Positions 26,202-38,839 of a stretch of 64,000 nt of DNA are shown here, in pieces; position 1 is the stretch's first letter; each line of letters opens with the position of its first letter. The notes beneath the pieces are model-generated. The model made no database searches, was not told where the DNA came from, and was given only the letters and a program-made list of their open reading frames with translations. The position numbers and the translations under genes are program-made. The DNA is from Yuukianura sp. NJ FZ-2021 (lineage: Eukaryota): NCBI GenBank assembly GCA_046563655.1, contig CM102285.1, positions 4,402,001 to 4,466,000 on the forward strand, read 5' to 3'.

Positions 26202-29200
26202 TTAATCCTCATCCGCATTGTATATGGGGTCAACGTGCCAAGAAAAGTAGTTTGATGCAATAAGGAGCCATGGCCAGTAGATACTGAGGAAAACCAAAAA
26301 CGTCAAAAAAAATATGAGCAAAGCGTACTTCTCAATCCAAAGCGCCGTTTGTCTCCGCTGCCGTCGCTTCCTTTTTGTAACCTTTGCTGTAGCCCGTTTC
26401 CTCAAATTTCGGAGCCTTACAAAGAAGCTTTCGTTCAAATTTACTGTTGGTTGTTTGGAATGGGTGTCGATTTCCTTAGGTGGTTCAATTACTTCTCCAT
26501 TCTAAATCACAATAATTTTGAATTATTCAACTCGTCTCATCATGTTTCAAAAGCAAATGACCTCAAAACACAAAATAAGTTCGTGAATATAATTTTTTGC
26601 AAACGAACGGTTTCGCAGAATAAGATTGGTAGAATCTGTTTTTTTTTTGTGAAAGGCAAAGTAGTTTTGTGTTAAAATTATGGTTATATAAAATTAGCCT
26701 AACCTCTAACGTTTCCGGTTCATCTTCGTCATTGTCATCACCGTGCCTCATGAAAACCAATATTGTGAATTCCAGTAACGTCGAAAAAACAAAGAAGATG
26801 CACGCGACCTATAACATAGTATGATGCTTTTCAAATATTTTGAGTACCATGGGCCATAATCGGTGAAAGGTTACCAAATTTAATATTTCCTTTATACTGG
26901 ACTTACCATCCAAACGTCTATGGCCTTAATATAACTGACCTGAAAATCAAAACAAGAATTGCAATGCCACAAGCTTATACAGTATACATGCTGAGTGAAA
27001 GCTTACAATTGGAGTGCTTTCTCTGACAGATGCAAACATGGATGTCAAAGTGAGGAGTGTAGTCATTGCAACACCGATTCGAGCCTCCACCATTCCCACC
27101 GGAATGAGAAAGCAAAGCCACGTAATGACAATAAAAAACAAACTGGGGAGGTACGTCTGAAAAAAAAAATCCTTTTCTAAAAGTTGAATGCTTAAATTTA
27201 AAAATTGACGGATCTTGAAATTTTTCTTACCTGTATCATATGGTATGACAGACTTCTTCTGGCTAAAATTGTAAACTGCAATGTGGTGTACTCTTCCACT
27301 AAAAGAAGCAAAAAGTTCAACAATCAATTTAAGCACGGAATCGACTTTAGCCTTTCCTGGCGGTTAAGGCCGTTCTATCAGTTAATTTTCACACTATTTT
27401 CTGAGACTTGCTTTGAATTTACTAACCGTAATTCTCGTAAATCCATTCCTGAGCTTCTTTGATTGTGTAAGACGTCATGTTTGTCACTTGAATATCAAAA
27501 TTATGCTCCCTTCTGTCCATTATATAGACTCCTTTAGGAGTTAACCACGATAGTTGCATTTCTTTGTCAGTGTGAGAATCTGAGAAAAAAGTTAACTTCA
27601 TTAATTGGATTACGGAAAAGTAAAATATGCAACTCACAACTTCTGATTTTTATGTCACACTTCTGCGTATCGGCTGAAATGTACAAAAATAAAATTTCTC
27701 ATTTTATTCATCACTTTTAAGTAGAATTTAATCCGAGACCGCAATGTTTTCAATTTTATATTACCCGGATAATAGGCAAATTCCATTTCACAATCAATGG
27801 TTGTTGTTAATCTTCAAAAAAGAAAACAACATTAAATAAAATATTAAATATTTTTAATAAAAAAGTGATGTGTTAAAGTATAACTTCACAAAACAGTACA
27901 AAAAGTACAAAAAGTACTGCCTCTGCCTTACCGTGTTGAAAAGATTACAAGTCCCACAGGATTGAAGCGCAATTTGATTGGTTTTACAATTATTGCAGGT
28001 CGTTCAAGAGTTACCAAATTTTCTTTAAAAAAAACCAAACTTTAAAAATTGCGAGTAAGAGTTAATAACACAAATCGGAAAGTTATAGAATTGGTGTTTA
28101 CCGATAAACACATCTGGTTTCCAGATATATTGCAGGAAGGCTGGATCCATTGTTCGAGTAGAATTAACAAGCTCTTCATCTGTGCCATTGAAATGTTTGA
28201 ATAAGTGCCGATTGGCTTCAGAAATGACAATGTCATACCACATTACAGTCAAGTCCATCTCAGTGATGTACTGTCTTCCGGAAGATTCTTCCATGGAAGA
28301 CGTCTTCCGGCTTCATTCTTCCGACTTCCGGAAGATTTGAAGACGGAAGACTGGAAGACGAAAAATTCTCTGGAAGACGGAAGCCGGAAGATTGGAAGAC
28401 GAAAAATTCTCTGGAAGACGGAAGCCGGAAGACTGGAAGACGAAAATTTCTCTGGAAGACGGAAGCCGGAAGACCGGAAGACGAAAAGTTCTGTGGAAGA
28501 CGGAAGATGGAAGACCGGAAGACAAAATATCCTCTGGAAGACGGAAGATGGAAGACCGGAAGACAAAATATCCTCTGGAAGACGGAAGATGGAAGACCGG
28601 AAGACAAAATATTCTCTGGAAGACGGAAGAGTGGAAGACAAAACAGCCTATGGAAGTCGGAAGACTATATGACAAAACACCCTCTGGAAGACTGGAAGAC
28701 GGAAAATTCTCTGGAAGACGGAAGACGGAAGACCGGAAGACAAAAAGTTCTCTGGAAGACGGAAGCCGGAAGACCGGAAGACAAAAAATTCTCTGGAAGA
28801 CGGAAGCCGGAAGACCGGAAGACAAAATATTCTCTGGAAGACGGAAGCCGGAAGACCGGAAGACAAAACATCGTCTGGAAGACGGAAGATGGAAGACCGG
28901 AAGACAAAATATCCTCTGGAAGACGGAAGATGGAAGACCGGAAGACAAAATATTCTCTGGAAGACGGAAGACGGAAGACTGGAAGACAAACCAGCTGTTT
29001 CTCTTCGGAAGACGTGAAGACTGGAAGACGGAAGACAGTACAAGACTGGTCCATCTCCATTGTAATTTCCTTCGCAGTAAGATAAAACCAAAGTTAGAAA
29101 ACTCGTAAATGACTCAACACCAGCAATCTCCTCAGGACAATTTTAAGCCAAGTAATTACTATAACATCAATTTTTGAAAAGGTCAACGTAAATGCTTTCG

Positions 29201-29704
29201 CAGGTTTTCACCTTGGGCTTTAACAACAACGCGCAAATTGATTCATAATAAGTTACATTTTTCATTTTATGCAAAACCAATGTAATCATAGTCATCCATC
29301 ACACTAAAAGCTAACAAAGTATCATAAATAACTTGTTTTACCTCTTCAAGCTCATCAACATCGCCGATTCCTCTTATAAGCACAGCCACTTCAATGTCTA
29401 CTAACTCTTCATCGCTTTTTGACCTGGGTATTTCTAATTTGTTGTAATTTCCCGGTATTATAATATCTCCAATTTTTATTGGCTTTGGCGCGCCTAAATC
29501 TTTTTCCGGTTCGCCTGCATCCAGAATTGAGGTTTTGATTTCTGACGTTTCTTCCGCATCAACGCCATGTCTGTTTTATAGTAAAAAAAAGTTTGTAAAA
29601 AATTTGTTACAGACTTGGCAAGCACAAAGACCAAAAACAAAGTATTACCGAAGAAAGCTGGTTGAAAGTAGCCAGAAAATACAAATTTTGTGTTCAAGTT
29701 GCAT
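26202..29704 (-). CDS. Cys-loop ligand-gated ion channel subunit (GlyR/GABA/GluCl-like), interrupted by a TE in exon 3
   Basis: Signal peptide MQLEHKICIFWLLSTSFLR|HG; YNKLEIP; IWKPDVF; Cys-loop CEMEFAYYPADTQKC; TM1 QTYLPSLFFIVITWLCFLI; TM2 EARIGVAMTTLLTLTSM; VSYIKAIDVWM; TM4 near 26260-26330. Confidence 0.9.
28261..29048. mobile_element. Non-autonomous hAT-type element containing a ~41-bp GGAAGAC-based minisatellite
   Basis: TIR CAGTGATGTACTGTCTTCCG / CGGAAGACAGTACAAGACTG with a perfect 8-bp TSD GTCCATCT (28253-28260, 29049-29056). Confidence 0.92.
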
Positions 29705-30606
29705 TTTATTTTAGCCTATGGAGTAAAGGAACTTCCAATTAAACTACAATAATTACAAAATGCGTGTGGAATGTTAGTGAAAACTTTCAAAATACAACAT
29801 GTACTAAGAAAATTGGTATATCGGTCTCTGGTTAGGCGATAAACTTTAATTAATGTGGTCTACTTTTGCCACTGTTCAAATGATGACTAGCATGATATTA
29901 CTTAAGCGTGGCATATCATCCAAAGATCCACGCGGCTCCACTCCAGCACCGTCTATATTGCCAAAATAAACCATCCCCTTTGAATTTGCAAAGAAACAGA
30001 AAGCAGAGCAAAAGTTCGCCAAAAGTTATCCCCTCTGCATCTTGAGAAAAAGCTGCACTCAAAACAAGTATACACTGTTTACTGTTAATTGACCAGCGAA
30101 TGGGTGGCGCTGGATATCAACTCTAGTTGCCAAATCCTAAGATGCTTTTCATCCTACCGCTGCGATAAACCATGTTTAAGACACATACATGTTGTACATG
30201 TATGTACTACATGCTCTAACATGCTGTACTGGAAGGTCAGTAGATATTGCGCAATGAACTACTTTTAATAGAGACAGTAAGATTAAAGAGTTATACTGGA
30301 ACTACTGATGACATGTCGGACATAAAAAAAAATTCATATCTACCAAAACGCTTTTTCTAGAACCCACAATTTCACTCAAAGTCTGGAAATCCACAGCATT
30401 GACTGCTTTTTTTTTTATTAATAGTTTACTCAAAAAATGTGTTTTCTTAAGCTAAAGTTTTACAAGATTTGGTTAGCTTAGAAAAAATAAGTTATGCCAT
30501 AATAGCAATAATTGCAATAAAATAAGAACATAATTGCCACGGAGTGTCGCCATACCTATTGCAACCTCTCAGTGGCTACACTTTTAGATATACTCATTAA
30601 CTTTTT

Positions 30607-31688
30607 CTACAATGCAGGCAAAGGCTTTGATGCGACGCAAAACACAGTTGAGTATTGGATTTGAACCTTTGAAGGATCCTTTTCATCTGAAGTCGTAGTA
30701 CTGCAATCCAAAACGCCTGCGCAGTAGTCTTTCTTGAGGTCACTCATCAAGGCTTGCGGAATTTGTTTCAAAAATGGACACACTGATAGAAAAAATTCTG
30801 AAAAAAAATTATGTATACAATATTGTTGTTATTGTTCCAGACTACGAACCTGTAAACGTTTCCAACTGATCTGAATAATTCCGCTGCTCATTGCGAATTT
30901 CAGAGATGACGAAACCAGTTTGTTCCATCTCTCTGCGCAGGCGCTCTTCCGCCGTCTCGCCACTCAACGTTCCACACCATGGAGTCGCAGTCCAATGGAA
31001 ATCCTGCGTTAAGAATAAACAAAATAACTATGCAAACCATCAACAATTTGCGCTAGCATTTGTAATGGTTAAGGTTGGCTCAAATTTGACTTTGTAATTA
31101 GTTTTTGGCAAAACCCACTTTCAAATATGAAGTCCATTTAGAATTTTTAGCAAGATTTTCTGCAAAGTCACACATCTGGGAAGCAGCTACGGCTGTAAAT
31201 CCAATTTGCCCGCCAGGTTTCAAAATGTCATAAAGCTTCTGAAAAGTGGTGCTGAAACAAAAATAAAATGAGAAAACTTTAATACAATAGTGTTCATGCG
31301 TTTTTTTTTAATTTACACTTTACGCATACCTGCTGTCGTTGATGAAGTGAAAAACATAGATGGAAATAATTTTGTCAAAAATTCTGCCAGTTATAGGAGA
31401 CTTCGTGTCCAAAATATTGCCTTGGCAGAATTCGACCAGCGGATGAGCGTAATTGTTCTTTGCAAACTCCACCATGGCCTCTGATATGTCAATTCCAGTT
31501 ATTTTAGAGTGGTGGACCTTAGCCATTGGTAGCAGATATTTGAAAGCAACAGCTCCCGCTCCACAGCCAAAATCTAAAATGGCTTCATCCATGTTCCAGG
31601 ACATGCGTTCGATGAGCTGCGGCACAAATTCAGCAGCATCCTGAGCAGCAAGGGACTTGAAGGTTTCGTACTTGTCTGGATCTTGCAT
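30607..31688 (-). CDS. SAM-dependent methyltransferase, juvenile hormone acid O-methyltransferase-like, 4 exons
   Basis: MQDPDKYETFKSLAAQDA..ILDFGCGAG (motif I), ITGIDISEAMV, FDKIISIYVFHFI, LYDILKPGG, LSVCPFLKQIP. Confidence 0.85.
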
Positions 31689-32719
31689 TTTTGATGAAAA
31701 CTCAAAGATCAATAAAGAAAAAAGTTTTTTTTTAAACCTTTTTTTTTTAAATATTAAGACTGAAAGACAGGAACGTCTAGTACGCACAAAATTAAAATGA
31801 AAACTGGACTTGAAAATACTGAAGGAAATTAGACAAAAGGTGGCCAACCGGCAAACTTTATTTCATATTTTTAGGTTTTCTAGGTTACCTATTTACAAAA
31901 GATTAAAAAAAAGTTTGACAAGAACTAGTCCCGGGGTTTCACAAAGCACGTCTAATCTGTTAAGCCTTTAGAAAACTAACATATTATTTAAAAAAAAACA
32001 TTTCTTGACCTTTTGTGTACAATGGCCCTAAACATGATGGGTTGAATGTCCATTATTCTTCTTAGAGGCCCATACAAAATTGGTGGGTCCCAATTAAGGC
32101 TACGTGTGGAAACTGTTACTTTTATCTAAGCGCGTTTTGACGCCAACCTGGGTTAACTATATAAACTCGAGCTCAACCCAATTGAAGGAGGTTTTTAAAA
32201 TTTCCTTTGAAGATTGAATTTAAAAATTGAGGGTCTGAGTTTTTAAAAGATCAATATAATTCTGCAAAATAATATTTACTGGTTTATTATTTCTTATGCT
32301 GTATGCTGATCTATATTGCATCGCATCTACATTTCTAACTTTTTGCTAACTATGCAGTTTACAGAAACTAGCCAAATTCCCATTGGGACGGGATGACACT
32401 ATCGTCAGTTATAGTTATGATTTTTGTCAGTTGGAAATGAAATTGCGGTTTAACTGAACTCAATGATATTTGTTCTTGATTTTTATTGGCTATACCAAAC
32501 CTGGGAGATGAGACTCGACTCTCGTGACGCATAATAATTCTACTGACGCTGCAATTCGCGATGTCCTACAATTTGTTGTGCTTATCTAAAACAAAGGAAA
32601 TGGCGTTCCTTTTTTGCGGAACATAAGATTGAACGTTAAATATAAAGTTGTAGCCAAACTGATACAGCAAAAGCTGTAAGATACAAACTTTTTTTTTACT
32701 TTCTCTCAGTGGCGGGATA

Positions 32720-34242
32720 CCGTAAAATTCAAACTTTTGGAGGGAATAGTTTCCGTTATTTTTACTCTCTTTCCTCCTTTTCTCAGAACTTATGTTCTGA
32801 CCTTACCCTTTCAGTTTTAGTTGTCTGGTATTTTGTATAATACATTTAATTAACTAAAATGCCAAAAGTGAAAAGTCCGACAGTGTTTACAAAGAGAAAA
32901 ATACTGGCAGAAGTTGGCAATATCCCGCGAAAAGACATCTGTGCCAAATATTCTATGCATAAGTCGACACTGAACCTACTGATTAAGAAGAAAGATGAAC
33001 TGGAAAACATCAAGGGGAATCCAAAAGTTAGTAAATTTTTTGAATATACGTAGTTTTACATAATCTACGATAGTTATTGCCGATGATTTTTTTTTTGATT
33101 TTGTTTGGCCAATGTTCCTCTTGTTTTTTTTTCAGAAGAGGAAGTCTGTTGTTCATGGGAAGGTAAAAGCACTGGATGAATTACTTATGGCATGGATTAC
33201 CGAACAACGAGCAAAAGGAATTCCGCTTTCCTGTCCACTAATTAAGGAAAAGGCTCGAACTCTGGATCCAAATGGGAACAAGAAATTTTCTGACGGTTGG
33301 TTCGATAGTTTTCAGAAAAGGAACAACCTATCCCACAGGCGAATTTGCGGTGAGGCACTTGACGTTGACCTCGAAAACCTGGACAACTGGAAACGGAACG
33401 TTTTAGTACCCACAACGCAAAACTACAATGATTCGGACGTTTTTAACGCTGACGAGTCAGCGCTTTTTTTAAAAAAACTACCCGGCACGACGTTTGAAGT
33501 GAAAGGTGGGAAGGTCGCTTTAATTTGTTATTCTTTAATTTCTCAGTTACGTTCAACCTAATTCGTGGGATTAAGTTTAATGTCTAATTTGATTTTAATT
33601 CATATTTAATTTTATGCTTTTTTTTTGCATAGGAAAAAAGTGCTTTGGCCTGAAAGCTTCAAAGGAAAGAGTGACCTTCTTAGTTTGTTGTAACAAAACT
33701 GGCGACCAGATACAGCCGCTGCTAATTATCGGGAACTCGAAAAATCCGAGGTGTTTCAAAAACACTAAATTTACCTCAGAATTTACGTATCGTTCGTCAA
33801 AAAAAGCCTGGATGACACGGGAATTGTTTTCGGAGTGGCTGGCAGCGTTAAATTCAAACATGGCAGACCAGAAAAGGAAGATACTTCTCATACTGGACAA
33901 TTTTAGCGGACATGAGGTTGAGGAGGAATTTTTCCCAAATTTACAACTTTTATTTTTGCCACCCAATACGACTTCAAAAAGTCAACCACTGGATTCCGGA
34001 ATTATTCAGTCCCTGAAACAACATTATTGTTCCCAAATTGTTAAAATTTTGGATTCTGGTAAAGTTTTGAGTGACGTGAAACTTTCCGATGGGATAGAAA
34101 CGCTTTGTCAATCGTGGAATGATGTCAAAAAAGAAACAATTGTTAATTGTTTTAGAAAAAGCGAGAAAACTGGTTAAGCGCCTCAATTACAAATCAAATC
34201 AATAAATATGCGCTCGCCTCGTTACTTTTTGAAAATTTACGG
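32720..34242 (+). mobile_element. Tigger/pogo-family DNA transposon, apparently full length
   Basis: TA|CCGTAAAATTCAAA ... TTTGAAAATTTACGG|TA imperfect TIRs enclosing a transposase gene. Confidence 0.85.
32859..34177 (+). CDS. Tigger-type transposase (CENP-B HTH + DDE_1), exons 32859-33026, 33136-33505, 33633-34177 (~360 aa)
   Basis: The spliced frame is open. Motifs FSDGWFDSFQKR, FNADES, KERVT, KAWMT, LILDNFSGH, FLPPNTTSKSQPLDSGII. Confidence 0.9.
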
Positions 34243-34872
34243 TATCGGCGTCCTTTCATTTCCTAAAACAACCAATCACAGCGAGTTTGTATCTTACAGC
34301 TTTTGCTGTATTCTCTATTTCTATTTCTGGAGTACAAAAACAAGCCATTTGTTCATGAAAAGACCATTTGAGACTCACTCTTTAACACAACATCAATAAA
34401 AATCCAACACGTATTTAAGCAGTGAGAAAGTGTTACATCTCGTTTTGTGCTTTCAAGATCGGATTGGTTTATTTCGAAGTTGATTTGCATTTGTGGTAGT
34501 GATTCTGAGAGAGCCAACAAAAATTTAAGGTAAAAAGCAAAAGTGTTTTACAGCATCTTCTCAAAGATTAAAGGTTCTCGTCCTCCGATTTTTTTCAAAA
34601 AAAAAAGAAGAAAAGAAGTTGTGTTAAACAAAAGCGTCATAAAAAAAATGTTAGTGGTACGAACGCATCCGCAGTAGCAGAAATGAGCTATTTATAATTT
34701 AAATATTTATAAATTCAGTTCACCCTTAAACGTTGCACCAAATGTTTTTCTAATTGTCGTTTACTCAGTGTCATTTTTCTGTAGAATTGCTTTATATCTT
34801 TTGATTTACATATTTTTAAATGTTTTTTTTTTAATTTTTATTTCCATTTGCCTAAAGTATTCGACTCATCTA

Positions 34873-35183
34873 ATGGGGAACTCGGAGAGTAGCAGCAGCA
34901 GTAGCGGAAGTAGCAGTGCTAGTAGCTCGGCAGGAGCGGGACCCGGAGTGGTTGGGACATTTATTGCATCAGGCGGGCGGGGCAGGTAAATTCTGATGCA
35001 TGAAGCTGAAGCACAAGCCAATTTAGCCTTTTGTGCAAAGTTCCTGTACAATTTTACTGACCTAATTTAATGAAATTATACTTTAGTGGTGGATTCGCTC
35101 CGGAGCAAGCGGATCCGATTGAAGGAACCAACACTGGTGATGGCAACGGCGGTGGTAGTGATAGTGGTTGCAGTTTAACTTGA
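34873..35183 (+). CDS. 69-aa Ser/Gly-rich microprotein (exons 34873-34985 and 35087-35183)
   Basis: MGNSESSSS...GGRG-AG|gtaaat..ctgac..tttag|T-GGFAPEQ...SDSGCSLT-stop; GC-richer than flanks; phase-compatible intron. Confidence 0.6.
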
Positions 35184-37419
35184 AGATTCAAATCTTTCTA
35201 TAAATAATGTAATAATCAAACTCAAGGCTTTCAAACTCAAGGCTTGACCTTTTGTTCAATCCCGATCAACTTTTGCTTCAATGTAATTTCAGATTTAAAA
35301 CATATCATTTCTCACTTGAATTTGTGTACAACGGCTGTTGTGATAAAGCGAAAACCTCGAAGATTTAGTGAATAAAATTGGACTAAAGTTTTATAGACTT
35401 TTATTTACTGCGCTCATATTTTCCAAAACTTACTCCAAACAAAAACAAAATATGAATTTTAATTGTGAGTTGTCGTAGAACGCTACATAACTCACAGCCA
35501 ATCCTGGAATAAACATTACACCGTATAAAGTGTAAGGATAAAACTTTTCAAGAAGTCTTGATCCATAAAGTGCACTAAAGTAAATAGGAATGTAAAGTTC
35601 AATTTGCTGTTTTTTTTGTCGTTCCGATAGGAATTTTTCCTTGTAAGTAAATGATAAGATAAGGAAACATAAATATAATATTGAGCTTGGTTTCGGGGGC
35701 ATGATCAATATATTTTTCTTTTACCAGAAAAGTACAATTGTAAGTATTCTGTATTATTATAGCACCCTTGGGTGAGTTGAAGGCCAAAAGCGGATGCATG
35801 TTTTGCGCGGCGTAAAAAATTGTGGCTAAAGATAGGGGTGTCACTATTTGCAAGTTTTAGATTTCCGAGAGTAATGCTTGCCGATTTGTAATATTTTATT
35901 TGCTTTTAAGTTTCTCTCTCCAGAAGTTCAAAGTTTAGGTGGCTAAGATTTGTGAATTTTTTTACGCAAGTTTTATTTGCTTTTGGTTATTTTGTTTCTT
36001 GCCACTTCGGGAATTTTAGTTTTTACTTTCAGACATCAAATGCCGGTACAGGTACCAGCAAGGTGTAATACCACTTCCCAAGGTGTAATAATTAGCAGCT
36101 AAATTTTACACTTACAAATTGAAGCCGTATCTCATTATTACTCAATCAATCGTAAGAATTAGGTATTATAAAAATCTTCTTCACAGATTAGGATGATTTC
36201 CCAAACTTTGTACTCGGATTATTGCGAACTTTGTCTGAAACACGATCATTGTTTGTTCATTTCTTTTTCCAGTTGAACTGCATAAACGAAGCAAAACAAT
36301 TCGGATTTCAGACACAAAACAAAACCCGAATTAAGCTCATTCAGTCTCATAATGGGAAACGCAGGATCGAGCAATAATCCAATCCCGAAATCCGACTTGC
36401 TTTCAGGGTAATGAATTTGTCTCTTCGTTTTGGTTGTGGACGAAAATAAGGACAAAATTATTGTGCCTAATGTCATTAGGGCTACAAAAGCGGGAGCTTC
36501 GCCATTCAACTTTGTTATTCAAGGAAATCCGACCAAGCGTCCTAAACCACTACCAGAAAAGCTAAGAATGCAAACAACTCAGGAGCGTCCACAAAAACCT
36601 TCAACGTGACTAGTAGTCACTGACTACGGACAAATAGCTCATATTACTACTGACATCCAAATCAATTAACCGGTTTGTTTTCTTTTAATTTCTGTACTTT
36701 TGTTAAGGCATAAAACACAACGAGAGTATTTGATATGATACACATATTCAATTAAAATATTAACCTTAGTTGCTGATTCGCAACAAAAATTCAACGGAAC
36801 TTTGTGATAGACGATTAGAATTGCAATTTTTTGTTCAGCAATAATCTAAGACACATTTAGTGATTTAGGCCCTATGCCTGTTTCAAAGCTTGGATTGCCA
36901 AAACTTGTTAGTGCTTCTAAAAAACTGGAAAAATTGATCAACATGTTAATCATTCTTTGACTTATTTGTAGTAATTCTTCCACTTGTGACTTTCTACTTC
37001 ACATTTTCTTCCAAGCCAATTTAACTTCCTTTTGTTGTCACCTTGTTTGCAAAAAATAATGGGTCGTCTTCTTCCGGTCTAACCTCAACTTTGGGAGACA
37101 CAATTAAATATGGGGCTACGTTTTCAAGGAAAGAATTCTTTACGTAAAAATCAACGTCGAGCTTCACTTTTTTTTATTCAAGATTATGTCGTTGTTTCAA
37201 TTGAAAATTAAATTCATTCCTTAAAGCATTACATATGTCGGATTTGTCGATTTTCGATTTTAGGCTTAAAGGTTTCACACACTTGTACTCTTACCTTGCA
37301 AGGTTCTTAATTATAATTTTCTCTCAAATCATTCCTCAGTGAAAGTGCTTTAGGTTATTTGAATTTTTGTACAATTTTTTCTACAATTTTGTACAATTTT
37401 TGTACAATTTTGTACAATT

Positions 37420-38839
37420 ATGCGGCTGGGACGTAGAAAGGCGACTTTCGTGTTTACTCCAATAATTTCCCGTCGCCTTGGCAATTTTCAGAAAAATTCA
37501 TCACTTTAAGGCCTGTTCACACTTTGCCTTTCTGTACTCCGATGTTTCGTCGCCGAGTTGTTTATATTTTTTCCTTTAATATGCGTACTGAATTTTAACG
37601 CGCATTCTTTGCGATATAGGAAGAAACAAAATTTCGCAGATAGAGATGCGGATACCTAATAACACGTGAAAACCTACCTCCAGTGGATAGAGTAATAACA
37701 CGTGAAAATCTCCTTCCCGAAACCACCGCACGACAGAAATCGCAGACGTGATTTGCGTGTAAAAATTACGACAGGAACCACACAAGCATTTCGCAGTTGG
37801 TAATGCACAAGAGAAGAAACGCTGCTGCAACTAGAGTACGTGAAAAAAAAACTCCCATCAGCGAGCATAGCAGTTGCACACAAAAAAGTTGGCCACAGAG
37901 GCGAGTATCCGAGTATAAAATTCTCATGCGCACGCGCAGTTGCCGCCTTGCTAAGTGAAAACAAAATGGCAATATAAAATCGCATATTACATGGACGCAA
38001 GCTCATAGTTGACACTTTCCGCATACGGTTGCAATATTTGGCGCTGCATATTTTTCATGTTGAATTTCTTCTGCAAGTTAGGCGTGCGATCTCGCGCTGT
38101 TTCATTGAGTTTTCAGCTGCGATATTTACATGCGGTTTTAGCTGCGATATTTACATGCGGTTTTAGCTGCGATATTTTGCGGTTTTAGCTGCGATTTTGG
38201 TATGCGGTTATCAGTTTCAATTTTGACGTGCGCTGTTTAGGTCCGATTTCAGCTGTGAGGCTGAGTAGCGATTTTGACGTGCGATTTAGGCTACACTTTT
38301 GATCTGTGATTTCAGCTGCGATATTCACGTGCGATTTCAGCTTCAATTTTTACTTGTGATTACAGTTGTGACTCGTGTCGTCTATGTGCGATTTCAGCAA
38401 CGATTAAACTGTACCACGTTATACTACCATTGTAATTCGTGGGGCAAACCGATCCAATTTTGCGCTCGCAGCGAAAGTCGACAGAAATTGAAATTTTTGA
38501 CTTATTGGTATTTCAACATTTCTAGAATTCAACGAGTAGTGACTTTTCTACGTTATTCAATAGAGATGATAACATTAAGCCAATAATAGTTTAAAGGTTA
38601 GGTTTATAAACCTATTATTTGTATATTAAGATCATTGTCATTATTATTAATTTATTATGTATATTATTATAAACCAATTCGCGTGCGCCATCTGCGGTGA
38701 ATATTATTGGCGCTGAATTGGGCTCATGAGTTCACTGTGTGCACCACCCTTAATATTTTGAAATTTTGTCGAACATCGCCACGGAAAATCGAAAAAAAGA
38801 TGTAAACACGAAACTCGCCCTTCTACGTCCCAACTGCAC
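37420..38839. mobile_element. Non-autonomous TIR element with 4-bp AATT TSD (Sola-like)
   Basis: ATGCGGCTGGGACGTAGAAAGGCGACTTTCGTGTTTAC versus GTAAACACGAAACTCGCCCTTCTACGTCCCAACTGCAC, with AATT on both sides. Internal TTTAGCTGCGAT tandem repeats at ~38110-38400. Confidence 0.8.

Noticed and set aside
28205..29108. Many long overlapping ORFs on both strands; superficially CRISPR-like periodicity
   Set aside because: These arise from a stop-poor ~41-bp minisatellite inside a TIR/TSD-bounded element; there are no unique spacers and no cas genes.
16208..31688. Assigning the CYP and methyltransferase as CYP15A1 and JHAMT orthologues
   Set aside because: Both look like divergent members of expanded families; orthology cannot be established without a phylogeny.
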